Shown here: positions 8,969-17,977 of the stretch, in pieces
How the letters are laid out: each line of letters begins with the position of its first letter
How positions within the stretch are numbered: the first letter of the stretch is position 1
Origin: Geomesophilobacter sediminis
GTDB lineage: Bacteria > Desulfobacterota > Desulfuromonadia > Geobacterales > Geobacteraceae
Length of the DNA stretch: 64,000 nucleotides
Assembly: GCF_016458275.1 (NCBI RefSeq)
Contig: NZ_JAEMHM010000002.1
Span: 1 to 64,000 of the forward strand
Direction of reading: 5' to 3'
The notes under the pieces: model-generated
Seen by the model: the letters and a program-made list of their open reading frames with translations, nothing else
Database searches by the model: none
What the model was told of the DNA's origin: nothing
Position numbers and translations under genes: made by a program

Positions 8969-10993
8969 TTGGAATTCCTCGCAGCACACTACACCACCAT
9001 CGTCCCGCTCGTAGTACTCGCCATCATCGTCGGAATCCTTCTCTACAACTCGATAGTCAACGTTCCCGGCACCGACATGGCCATCCTGGAGCGGCGCTGG
9101 TTCGGCCGCAAGATGCCCCAGGGGCGCGTGGTCGCCATGGAGGACGAGGTCGGCATCCAGGCCCGCACCCTCGGGCCGGGACTCCATTTTCTCATCCCGT
9201 TTCTCTACACCGCGCAGAAGCATCCCTTCGTGGAGATCAAGGACGGCGAGGTCGGCATGGTCGAGTCGATCGACGGCATCCCGATTCCGCCGGGGCGCAT
9301 CTTCGCCCAGGTGGTCGAGGGGCATAACGCATTCCAGGACGGCGAACTCTTTCTGAAAAACGGGGGCCAGAAGGGGCCGCAGATCCAGATCCTCCCTCCG
9401 GGCAAGTACCGGATAAATCCTTTCCAGTTCCAGGTGACCACTGCCAGTGCGGTCTTCATCGACAAGGGGAGGGTCGGGGTGGTGACCGCGATGGACGGGG
9501 ACAACATCCCTGCCGGCCGCCTGCTCGGGCAGAGCGTGAAGGGACATTCCAACTTCGAAAACGGACAGGGCTTTCTTGAGAAGGGAGGGCAGAAGGGGCC
9601 GCAGATCGACATCCTCCAGCCGGGTACCTACCGGATCAACACCAACCTGTTTCGGGTGGAGATCCACGAGGCGACGGTCGTTCCGGCCAGCAAGATCGGG
9701 CTGGTTACCGCGCTGGACGGCGCCGCCCTTCCGGAAAGCGAATACATCGCCAAGGCGGTGGCCGGTCACGACGACTACCAGGACGCCCAGAAGTTCCTCG
9801 TCGCCGGCGGCCAGCGCGGCCCGCAGCTCGACGTGCTGCGACCCGGCACCTACTACGTCAATCCCCTCATGTTCAAGGTCGAGCCGGACGACGTGGCGGT
9901 GGTCGAGCGCGGCCAGGTCGCGGTGGTGATCTCCAACGTGGGCGAGGAGCCGACCGAGGAGATGAAGCGGCGGCTCACCGCGTCGCAGACCGGCGAGGTT
10001 GCCGACGCCGATGAGGCACGCGAGCGCTACGTGGTTCCCAAGGGGTACCGCGGCATTCAGGAGGAGGTCGCCGGGCCGGGACGCTACTACCTGAACAAGC
10101 GCGCCTTCATCCCCTACATCATCGACACCACCAACATCACCATCGACTGGGACAATTCCGCCGAGACCCGTTTCGATCCCCTCAAGGTGATTTCCAAGGA
10201 CGGCTTCCCCATCGACGTCTCGGTCAAGGTCGTGGTGCGGGTGCGTCCCGACCAGGCACCGTACATGGTGGCGAAGGTCGGTTCCATCGAAAACCTGATC
10301 CTGCACGTCATCCATCCGATGATCGACTCCTCCTTCCGCAACCAGGCGTCCTCCACCTCCGCGATGAACTTCCTGCAGAACCGCCAGGAAGAGCAGACCC
10401 GGGCCGAGGACCGGGCGCGGCTGAGTCTGGAGAAGTACCACGTTGAGTGCGTCTCGGTGCTCATCTGCCAGATCAACCTGCCCCAGGAACTCATGGAGAC
10501 CCAGACCAAGCGGATCATCGCAGAGCAGCAAAAAGAGATGTTCGCCATGCAGCAGGAGGCCGAGGCGGCGCGCATTTCGACCGAGAAGACCCGCGCCACC
10601 GCCGACCAGCAGGGCGAACTGGTCAAGGCCGAGATCGGGGTGAAAGTGGCGGACCAGCAGAAGCAGCGGACGATTGTTTTGGCCCAGGGGGATGCCGAAG
10701 GCGTGCGGCTGCGCGGGGAGGGGGAGGCGAAGAAGATCGAGGCGATCGGCCAGGCGACCGCCGAGGCCTACCGCAAGCAGAATGCGGCGCTCGGGCAGCA
10801 GGCCATCACCGCCATCGAGGTGATCAAGAAGATCGCCGAAGGGAACATCCGGGTGACCCCCGACATCCTGGTCTCCGGCGAAAAAGGCGGGCTGCTCGAC
10901 GTTCTGATCGCCCAGATGGTGAAGAAGGGTACTCCGACCATGACCGTGGCCGAACCGCCGGCCAAAGTGGTCACCGAGCAGGCGGTCTCGTGA
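8969..10993 (+). CDS. Flotillin/SPFH (band-7) family membrane protein with four N-terminal ~45-aa tandem repeats (G-Q-K/R-G-P-Q-I/L-x-I/V-L-x-P-G-T/K-Y-R-I-N) and a C-terminal coiled-coil flotillin region
   Basis: TTG start 7 nt after AAAAGGAGG, N-terminal TM helix, repeats, then SPFH core and a Glu/Ala/Gln-rich coiled coil (MFAMQQEAEAARISTEKTRATADQQGELVKAEIGVKVADQQKQRT). The antisense 712-aa ORF is an R/G-rich artefact. Confidence 0.7.
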   Translation: MEFLAAHYTTIVPLVVLAIIVGILLYNSIVNVPGTDMAILERRWFGRKMPQGRVVAMEDEVGIQARTLGPGLHFLIPFLYTAQKHPFVEIKDGEVGMVESIDGIPIPPGRIFAQVVEGHNAFQDGELFLKNGGQKGPQIQILPPGKYRINPFQFQVTTASAVFIDKGRVGVVTAMDGDNIPAGRLLGQSVKGHSNFENGQGFLEKGGQKGPQIDILQPGTYRINTNLFRVEIHEATVVPASKIGLVTALDGAALPESEYIAKAVAGHDDYQDAQKFLVAGGQRGPQLDVLRPGTYYVNPLMFKVEPDDVAVVERGQVAVVISNVGEEPTEEMKRRLTASQTGEVADADEARERYVVPKGYRGIQEEVAGPGRYYLNKRAFIPYIIDTTNITIDWDNSAETRFDPLKVISKDGFPIDVSVKVVVRVRPDQAPYMVAKVGSIENLILHVIHPMIDSSFRNQASSTSAMNFLQNRQEEQTRAEDRARLSLEKYHVECVSVLICQINLPQELMETQTKRIIAEQQKEMFAMQQEAEAARISTEKTRATADQQGELVKAEIGVKVADQQKQRTIVLAQGDAEGVRLRGEGEAKKIEAIGQATAEAYRKQNAALGQQAITAIEVIKKIAEGNIRVTPDILVSGEKGGLLDVLIAQMVKKGTPTMTVAEPPAKVVTEQAVS

Positions 10994-11167
10994 CCACAAA
11001 CCGTCCGCAGATGAACGCTGATAAATGCTGATGAATGCTGATAAGGTGGATCCTACTCCTCCCCCCTTTGAAAAAGGGGGGCCGGGGGGGATTTGCCTTT
11101 AAGCTGTTCAGGACAAAAAATAGCTAACTCAATGTTCCGATCGTTTCGAACCAAGGAGCCGCAAGCA

Positions 11168-11422
11168 GTGCCAGTGAACAAAGTAATCAGAAGAGTAGTC
11201 GGTGAGATGGCCGAAGAATTTCTCGAATACCTGAAGGAAAAGGAGACGCAGTACCAGGAACGCTGGGTCCCGTCCGTCCGGATTGAAAAGGACCTCGACC
11301 TGCATCTTTTCCGCGTCCCCAAGAGCTGGTTCCTCCGCCGCCTGACCCGCATGCTAGAGGCCAGCGGGGAGATAGAGCACTTCAACGACGGCACGACGGC
11401 GTACTTCCGGACCGTTGGGTGA
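11168..11422 (+). CDS. Small hypothetical protein (~84 aa; start uncertain, GTG 9 nt after AAGGAG; the ORF track starts at 11093)
   Basis: ORF with sensible composition (..MAEEFLEYLKEKETQYQERWVPSVRIEKDLDLHLFRVPKSWFLRRLTRMLEASGEIEHFNDGTTAYFRTVG). Confidence 0.45.
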   Translation: MPVNKVIRRVVGEMAEEFLEYLKEKETQYQERWVPSVRIEKDLDLHLFRVPKSWFLRRLTRMLEASGEIEHFNDGTTAYFRTVG

Positions 11423-11496
11423 AGCGAAGGTTAGGGACACTCAGGCTCACAAGATCCGTCGGCTGATGAAGGCCGTTACAAGCGATGAACCAGTTC

Positions 11497-11885
11497 GCGA
11501 GCAGGCATACCAGTCTGGCGAGCAGGCATACCAGTCTGGCGAGCAGGCATACCGGTCTGGCGAGCAGGCATACCGGTCTGGCGAGCAGGCATACCGGTCT
11601 GGCGAGCAGGCATACCAGTCTGGCGAGCAGGCATACCAGTCTGGCCAGCGGGCACACCAGTCTGGCGAGCAGGCATACCAATCTGGCGAGCAGGCATACC
11701 AGTCAGGCCGGGCAGGCATACCAGTCAGGCCGGGCAGGCATACCCGTCAGGCCGGGCAGGCATACCAGTCAGGCCGGGCATACCAGTCAGGCCTGGCATA
11801 CCAGTCTGGCCAGCGGACACACCAGTCTGGCGAGCGGGCATACCAGTTTGACGAGCAGGCATACAAGTCTGGCGAGGAGTCACGG
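11497..11885. repeat. ~18.5 copies of a 21-bp tandem repeat (consensus gagcaggcataccagtctggc; heptad EQAYQSG in one plus frame), degenerating toward the 3' end
   Basis: Direct reading; all six frames are open across the array because the period is a multiple of 3. Confidence 0.9.
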
Positions 11886-11911
11886 AGTATCGAGCCGACG
11901 GCACTGCGATC

Positions 11912-12202
11912 ATGCAATCAAAGATCAGTGCCCTAGGAAGAGAATGGCAGATGGTAGTGAAAGGCTTCTGGAAGATAGACGGAAACCACCTGATCATGAC
12001 CGCCACCGAATCCAGCAACCCCAGCATTTTACCGGTAGGCACCGTGACCGACGACGAGATCGTCACTATCACACCAATAGAAATGGTCTTGCTGGAAGAA
12101 GACGGCCCTCGGGAGGTAAGCGTGCGGGTGAGACCTTATAGAACAAGGCCTGTCAAATGTGTAGGCCAGGCCCCAAGGCCGTGTAGTTGTGTAGTTGTGT
12201 GA
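11912..12202 (+). CDS. Hypothetical small protein (96 aa), first ORF of the low-GC islet; weak start signals
   Basis: ORF in a low-GC segment: MQSKISALGREWQMVVKGFWKIDGNHLIMTATESSNPSILPVGTVTDDEIVTITPIEMVLLEEDG... Confidence 0.3.
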   Translation: MQSKISALGREWQMVVKGFWKIDGNHLIMTATESSNPSILPVGTVTDDEIVTITPIEMVLLEEDGPREVSVRVRPYRTRPVKCVGQAPRPCSCVVV

Positions 12203-12224
12203 TGAAAAAGGACAAGGAAAAGAA

Positions 12225-12521
12225 ATGGCAGGTGGACTTGGAACAATTGCACAATATCGAAATCTGATCGAAGCAGGACTTGCCAAGTCGAAACTTTAAG
12301 CTGCTGGAATCATATGCTTCATCGACAATGAGTACACTGTCGGTGCCAATTGGCTCTACTCGATTGCTTTGTGCAGAGTGAAGCTAAATGTACCTGAAGA
12401 AAATGCAGAAGAAGCCAAAGCAATAATTGAAGAAATTCTAGAAGTAATAACGACTGAAAATACAGAAGGAATGTTGCAGGAGTCAGCCTGCCATATCTGC
12501 GAGGGCTCTTCGTCGCCGTGA
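12225..12521 (+). pseudogene. DUF2007-like (putative signal-transducing protein family) gene interrupted by an in-frame TAA at 12297-12299
   Basis: MAGGLGTIAQYRNLIEAGLAKSKL-TAA-AAGIICFIDNEYTVGANWLYSIALCRVKLNVPEENAEEAKAIIEEIL read in a single frame. This matches the DUF2007 pattern (..LLEE.GI.aFVD.EY......L....vrvlVpeEdaeeAreIL), with the stop replacing a conserved Glu/Gln codon. Confidence 0.5.
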
Positions 12522-12581
12522 GTGGGTAATGGTATAGTCCATCATCCCAGACCTCCAGCTATGTATGAGGGGAGTGAACTA

Positions 12582-15032
12582 ATGATCAATCAGATCGACA
12601 TTGCCAGCTTTGGCAGCTTCAATGACCTGAACTGGAAGAAGAGCATTCGTGACGGCGGCAACAATGTTCAGGACTTCAAGCGCCTGAACATCCTTTATGG
12701 ACGCAACTATTCGGGGAAAACTACTCTTTCCCGAATCTTTCGTGCGCTGGAGACAGGGCGCATTCCGCTGAACTATGTGGGATCAACCTTCACCGTTCAT
12801 GGCGTCAAAGGAGATGTGACCCAAGCTGCCATTGCCGCTCATGGCTATGACATCCGGGTCTACAACCGTGATTTCGTCAGTGAAAACCTCAGCTTCCTGA
12901 TCAATCAGGCCATGGGCGGGGAAATAAAGACCTTCGCCATCGTCGGGGAGAAGAACAAGGAGATCGAGGATGAAATTGCTGCCATCCAAGCGAAACTTGG
13001 CAGCCTTGAGTCCAAGGCAGGTCTTCGGCACGATCGGGATGCAAAAAAGAAGGAAAGAGATCGGACCAAGAACAACCATAAAAACGCTTCTGATGCTCTG
13101 GAAGGCAAGCTTCGCTCTCATGCCAACGATAAGATCAAACAGAATCGCACCTATGGCCCAGCAGTCTACAACATTGAAAGCATCAAGAAGGACATCGGCA
13201 CCATAAAGAAGGCGGGATTCACGCCTCTAACCACTGACGAACAGGCCACCAAGGTCAGCCTCTTGAAGCAAGAGGCCCTTCCTGACATCACCGATACCGT
13301 TTCGATCAACCTAAAAATTGATTCAATCAAGACGGAGGCCCAGGAGCTTCTTTCAAGATCGATCAAACCGACGCAGGCAATTCAAGAGCTGTTGAGCGAG
13401 ACAGCTCTTCAAGCGTGGGTGAAGCAAGGCATCCCGCTGCACAAGGACAAACGCAATACATGCGCCTTCTGCCGTCAGGAACTGCCCCACGATATATGGC
13501 AGGTTCTGGACTCTCACTTCAGCAAGGAATCTTCGGATCTGGAGTCGTCCATCGATTCATGCCTGACATCAGTCAACGGCGAAATTCAGGCCATTGCTGG
13601 CTTCCTGACTTTGACCGGGGACAAGTTCTATGCCGAAGAAAAAGTGTCATTTGAAGCCAACAAGAAATCTCTTACCGAGTGCCTGAAGGTCTACAAACAA
13701 GACTTGGAGGCACTGAAGACCGCACTGGAGTCAAGGAAGAGTTCTCTCTTCCAGCCCGTTCCCATGCCGGCCCCTACGCACGATTCAGCGGCAATCCAGA
13801 AATGTGCCGACGAGATAAACGATCTGATTGTCAAGAACAATGGCCGCACCAACTCACTGGAAAAGGATAAAGGCTCCGCACGCGAGGCATTGCGACTCAC
13901 TGATGTGGCCTCCTTCATTGGTGACATCACCTACGACACGGAATTGACCCGCATTGCTGGTCTTAAAACAGACGCCGACACTGCCAACACGGCCTATACC
14001 GATGCCGAGGCTGAGATCCTCAAGCTTGAAGCGGATGTCACCCGCCTGCAAGGCCAACAGAAGGATGAACGCAAAGGTGCGGAGCGGGTCAATTCCTTGC
14101 TCAATCACTTCTTCGGTCACGACGGCATTAAGCTTGAAGCCAAGGAAAACGCGGAGAAAAATGCCGTCAAGTTTGAGATCACGCGGGATGGCAAATCAGC
14201 CTACAATTTGAGTGAAGGCGAATGCAGCCTGATAGCCTTTTGTTACTTCATAGCCAAGCTGGAAGAGCCTGACAGCAAGGGCAAAGATCTGATCATCTAC
14301 ATCGACGATCCGATCTCCAGTCTGGACGGGAACCACATCTTCTTCATGTTCAGCCTGATCGAGAGCCTGATAGCCAAGCCGTTCAAGAATGCGGACGGCT
14401 CCAACGGCTATCGTTACAGTCAGCTCTTCATCTCCACGCACAACCTGGATTTCCTGAAGTATCTAAAGCGGTTATCGGTACCCAAAAAGAAGGTGCCAGC
14501 GGGGGAAGGCAAGACCAAAAACGTGGATGATAATGAGCATTTCATGGTGGAGCGGAACGGCCCCACAAGCAACATCATGCTGATGCCGTCCTACCTGAAG
14601 GACTACATCACTGAGTTCAACTACCTCTTCCACCAAATCTACAAATGCAGGAACCAGGACGCCGCACAAGGCGCACATGAGCCGTTTTATGGCTTCGGGA
14701 ACAACCTTCGCAAGTTTCTAGAAGCCTTCTTGTTCTTCAAGTTCCCTTACCACGATGACAAGAACGATGCGTTTGAACGAATTAAGAAGTTCTTTGGCGA
14801 TGAAGACGCAACGGCAATCGCACTGGTGAACCGGCTCAACAATGAATTTTCTCACCTTGAGTCAATCCCAGATCGAGGGTTCAAGCCTGTAGAGATTCCA
14901 GAGATCGCCAAGGTAGCGAACTTCGTCTTGGACAAGATCTATGCGTCAGACCCTCATCAATACAATGCCCTGCTAAAGAGCATTGGAGAGCCTGCGAGGA
15001 CACCAGATCAGGGAGAAGGGGGCAGTCCTTAA
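12582..15032 (+). CDS. AAA_13-family ATPase with coiled-coil zinc hook and C-terminal nuclease-like domain: RloC/PrrC-like anticodon nuclease candidate (817 aa)
   Basis: GAGGGGAG RBS before MINQIDIASFGSF, Walker A GRNYSGKTT, long coiled-coil insert containing a CAFC zinc-hook-like CxxC, and an ABC signature LSEGECSL. It also has Walker B/D-loop LIIYIDDPISSLDGNH and a C-terminal NNLRKFLEAF (R-x3-E) motif with downstream His, resembling the PrrC/RloC ACNase triad. Gene GC is well below the genome level. Confidence 0.6.
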   Translation: MINQIDIASFGSFNDLNWKKSIRDGGNNVQDFKRLNILYGRNYSGKTTLSRIFRALETGRIPLNYVGSTFTVHGVKGDVTQAAIAAHGYDIRVYNRDFVSENLSFLINQAMGGEIKTFAIVGEKNKEIEDEIAAIQAKLGSLESKAGLRHDRDAKKKERDRTKNNHKNASDALEGKLRSHANDKIKQNRTYGPAVYNIESIKKDIGTIKKAGFTPLTTDEQATKVSLLKQEALPDITDTVSINLKIDSIKTEAQELLSRSIKPTQAIQELLSETALQAWVKQGIPLHKDKRNTCAFCRQELPHDIWQVLDSHFSKESSDLESSIDSCLTSVNGEIQAIAGFLTLTGDKFYAEEKVSFEANKKSLTECLKVYKQDLEALKTALESRKSSLFQPVPMPAPTHDSAAIQKCADEINDLIVKNNGRTNSLEKDKGSAREALRLTDVASFIGDITYDTELTRIAGLKTDADTANTAYTDAEAEILKLEADVTRLQGQQKDERKGAERVNSLLNHFFGHDGIKLEAKENAEKNAVKFEITRDGKSAYNLSEGECSLIAFCYFIAKLEEPDSKGKDLIIYIDDPISSLDGNHIFFMFSLIESLIAKPFKNADGSNGYRYSQLFISTHNLDFLKYLKRLSVPKKKVPAGEGKTKNVDDNEHFMVERNGPTSNIMLMPSYLKDYITEFNYLFHQIYKCRNQDAAQGAHEPFYGFGNNLRKFLEAFLFFKFPYHDDKNDAFERIKKFFGDEDATAIALVNRLNNEFSHLESIPDRGFKPVEIPEIAKVANFVLDKIYASDPHQYNALLKSIGEPARTPDQGEGGSP

Positions 15033-15169
15033 CACGGAGAGAGGCGACGGAGAAGTGGATTACTCCGTAAAGGAGAAGACAAATCCCAACAAGACGGGTA
15101 GAGCCGGACGGCTTCGCCGCCGCTCACCCGCCGAGCCGTTGAGCGACCAAAAATGATGAGGAGGGTCCT

Positions 15170-15613
15170 GTGAAGAAAAGATTCTGTTTGATTTTGCTTG
15201 GAGTTTTTATGGCTGGATGTACAGCCAATTATTACGTGAAACCAGACGATTTTATTAAGGAAGTGGCTGCCAATCAACAAAGGACCGAAAAATTTAACCT
15301 CGTTGGCACAGTCCCAGTTTTCTTTCCAATTCGATACAATGCGAACAACATTAGAAGGATACTGTGTAGGGACAAAAACGGGGAAAATGTCTATCTCATT
15401 CCAGACAGGAATACACAATTAGAAATAACCTCGAAATCAACAAAGGACGTTGTAAAGATGTATTTCGATACGGTCTTTTTCGAAGGCAGCAAATTAACGG
15501 GCCTGCGTTCAAGACTCGTTCCGGGCATGACAAGAGAAATTGAATTGTCGGATATCGATTCCATTGTAATTTATGCAGAGTTCCCACGCACACAAGCAGT
15601 GGACGCGAAATAG
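15170..15613 (+). CDS. Small lipoprotein (lipobox LAGC), low GC, hypothetical
   Basis: GTG start after GAGGAGGG RBS; MKKRFCLILLGVFMAGCTANYY. Confidence 0.65.
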   Translation: MKKRFCLILLGVFMAGCTANYYVKPDDFIKEVAANQQRTEKFNLVGTVPVFFPIRYNANNIRRILCRDKNGENVYLIPDRNTQLEITSKSTKDVVKMYFDTVFFEGSKLTGLRSRLVPGMTREIELSDIDSIVIYAEFPRTQAVDAK

Positions 15614-15792
15614 GGTACATGCCCAACCATAGAGATGCACCTGACCAAGAAGCCGTCAGGTGATCTCCTGACCCCGTTGGCGGGTAAGAAGGTAAAAAGG
15701 GGCCTGCTGAGGGCCAGGCCTACACATTTGACAAACAGCTGTCTAGAATATGACGGTTCTTATGCTTTTTGTTTAATCTTGGAGGGGGGAGC

Positions 15793-16929
15793 ATGCGCCA
15801 ATTCTTTCTGTTAGTCCCTTTCAGTCTGTTTTTGCTCTTTTCTGGTTGCGGTGATTCCGACTCCGTCACCAAACCGAGGCCTCCGGCCATCACTGCCCAG
15901 GCGGTCACTAAGACCGTCGCTGCCGGCGATACTCCTACCTTCACCGTCTCTCCTACCGGGACGGGGCCCTTCACCTACCAGTGGTTCTGGAACGGGGTGC
16001 GGGTTGATGGCAACGGTGCTTCCTACACCGCCCCGCCCATCGCTTCTTCCGACGATCAATCGACCATCTCCGTCACGGTGACCAACGACCTCGGTTCCGC
16101 CTCGGCTGCCGTTGCTACCTTGTCGGTTCCGGGCAGCCCGCGGCATCCGGAAATCAACGACCTGCGTTTCAAGGACCTGGATACCGTTCCGATGCTTGCA
16201 GCAGGCGGTGCCAGCACCAATGTCATGCGCGGTTCTTCGTCATACGAAAATTCCTTCGGGTTCCCGCTCGTGGTCGGTGATCCGGGACCCCAGGTGCCGA
16301 CCAATAATCCTGATCTCGCCAGCTGGTTTTATATCGTAGAGTCGATGCCCAATGGTGCCGTCGGGAGGACCAATACCTACCAGGTTGGTATACTCACCGA
16401 CTTGGCCGCCGATCTCGACGTTTTCTTTGATTCACAAACGGTCATAACGTCACTTGACGTTTCATCCGGGCAGAACGCATATGCAGTTCGTGCGGTGAAA
16501 ACGGCGGGTGCCGATCGCTACCCATCCTACGTCTCCGGGACCGCGTCTGCCGACGGCCTGCAGGCTGTCGCCACCGCGGAGGCTCAGGCGGGGAGGGTGG
16601 TGACGGCCGTCGCTTTGAGCGGCGGGATCGCCTACTACCTTGCTTACGGCAGGGAGGGTGACCTCCGGATATACGAATCCAAGGTGGTGACGGCTACCGT
16701 CGACTCTGTGAGTAACGCCGCGGCCGATCTGGCTGCACAGGGGTGGATCATCACCGCCGTTGGGGGAAATATTCGTGAAGGGTTCCTCCTGGTGGGAACG
16801 CGCGTTTCCGGTGACGCCACTCCACGTCCTTTCCAGGTTAAAAATACGCCTGCGTTGGAACGGGGATACACCCCGGTCGGTACGATCTACACCGGTGCTG
16901 TCTTACCAACCTACTTTTTCGAGCAGTAA
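15793..16929 (+). CDS. Lipoprotein with N-terminal Ig-like domain, hypothetical
   Basis: TTGGAGGGGGGAGC RBS, MRQFFLLVPFSLFLLFSGCGDS lipobox, Ig-like segment (PTFTVSPTGTGPFTYQWFWNGVRVDGNGASYT). Confidence 0.7.
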   Translation: MRQFFLLVPFSLFLLFSGCGDSDSVTKPRPPAITAQAVTKTVAAGDTPTFTVSPTGTGPFTYQWFWNGVRVDGNGASYTAPPIASSDDQSTISVTVTNDLGSASAAVATLSVPGSPRHPEINDLRFKDLDTVPMLAAGGASTNVMRGSSSYENSFGFPLVVGDPGPQVPTNNPDLASWFYIVESMPNGAVGRTNTYQVGILTDLAADLDVFFDSQTVITSLDVSSGQNAYAVRAVKTAGADRYPSYVSGTASADGLQAVATAEAQAGRVVTAVALSGGIAYYLAYGREGDLRIYESKVVTATVDSVSNAAADLAAQGWIITAVGGNIREGFLLVGTRVSGDATPRPFQVKNTPALERGYTPVGTIYTGAVLPTYFFEQ

Positions 16930-16979
16930 CTGACTTCAAACGAAAAACTGCCGGCGTCGACCGGCGAGGAGGAACCACC

Positions 16980-17822
16980 ATGAAGCAGCTGATGATGTGC
17001 GTGATCTTGTTGTGCATCTCGGTCGGTTCGGGTTGCGCGAACTCGCAGAGCATGAGTCAGTCGATGTCGGGGCTGGGGACGGGGACCGGAACGGGGCCGG
17101 ATCTTTCGGTGGGCTATTTCTCTGCCCATTCGGAGGCGCTTCCTAATGGCAAGGTCCTGCTGCCGGCGCCGCCGCGGCCGGACCCGGGGTTGCCCGCTTT
17201 TGCGGCCGATCAGGCGATTAACCTGGATACTTTCAAGCTGCGCGGCACCAAGCGCTGGGAGTTGGCCGCACAGGATGCTGATCTCAAGTTCCCCGCGGCA
17301 GCCGGGACCTTTGCCTGCGCGCTCGGAGTGGCGGTGACCGAGAAGGACACCCCGCATCTCTATACCTTGCTGCACCGCTCTCTTGCTGACGCCGCGCATT
17401 CCGCCGACAGCGCCAAAGGTGAGTACCGCCGGTTGCGCCCGTTGGCCGTGAACGGTCAACCGTCCTGCACCCCCAATGACGAGCCTTTTCTCCGCGGGAG
17501 TTGGTCCTATCCTTCCGGGCATGCCACTATCGGCTGGGCCTGGGCGCTGATCTTGAGCGAGGTGGCCCCGGACCGGATCGATGCGCTCCTGGCGCGCGGG
17601 CTCGCCTTCGGGCAGAGCCGGGTGATCTGCAACGCCCACTGGCAAAGCGACGTCAACGCGGGACGGATCATGGGGGCCGGCTCGGTGGCGGCGCTGCATA
17701 ACAACGGCGAATTCCGGAAGGATCTGGAGGCGGCGCAGAAAGAGGTGGCCGAGGCGCGGAACAAAGGGCTCCAGCCCCAGCGCGACTGCGCTGCCGAGGC
17801 TGCGGCGCTGGCGGAACATTGA
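16980..17822 (+). CDS. Class A (PAP2 superfamily) acid phosphatase lipoprotein
   Basis: PAP2 motifs KGEYRRLRP, PSGHA, SRVICNAHWQSD; lipobox SVGSGC; GGAGGA RBS. Confidence 0.85.
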   Translation: MKQLMMCVILLCISVGSGCANSQSMSQSMSGLGTGTGTGPDLSVGYFSAHSEALPNGKVLLPAPPRPDPGLPAFAADQAINLDTFKLRGTKRWELAAQDADLKFPAAAGTFACALGVAVTEKDTPHLYTLLHRSLADAAHSADSAKGEYRRLRPLAVNGQPSCTPNDEPFLRGSWSYPSGHATIGWAWALILSEVAPDRIDALLARGLAFGQSRVICNAHWQSDVNAGRIMGAGSVAALHNNGEFRKDLEAAQKEVAEARNKGLQPQRDCAAEAAALAEH

Positions 17823-17842
17823 GGACCCCATCCTCACCCTGT

Positions 17843-17872
17843 CCCTCCCCTTGAAGGGGAGGGGACTTCTGG
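17843..17872. repeat. REP family C element (CCTCACCCTGTCCCTCCCCTTGAAGGGGAGGGGAC hairpin); copies or variants at 36340-36450, 41811-41880, 55765-55880, 57150-57200
   Basis: Direct comparison of intergenic sequences. Confidence 0.7.
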
Positions 17873-17977
17873 GCAGGTTTTCAACCGGATGAACCGAAAC
17901 GGCTAGGCCGTTAGTAACAGCAAAACGACTTCGGTTTTGCCGCAGGATTGGGCCGATTCAGGCCGGGAGGAGGTTAG

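Noticed and set aside
8861-10999. 712-aa minus-strand ORF overlapping the flotillin gene
   Set aside because: Low-complexity R/G/D/L composition. The plus frame has TM, SPFH and coiled-coil architecture and an RBS.
11415-11936. ORFs in several frames across the 21-bp repeat array (EQAYQSG, SRHTSLA, LLARLVC readings)
   Set aside because: All frames are open solely because the period is divisible by 3. No RBS or start signal favours any frame. Treated as a repeat, with coding status unresolved.
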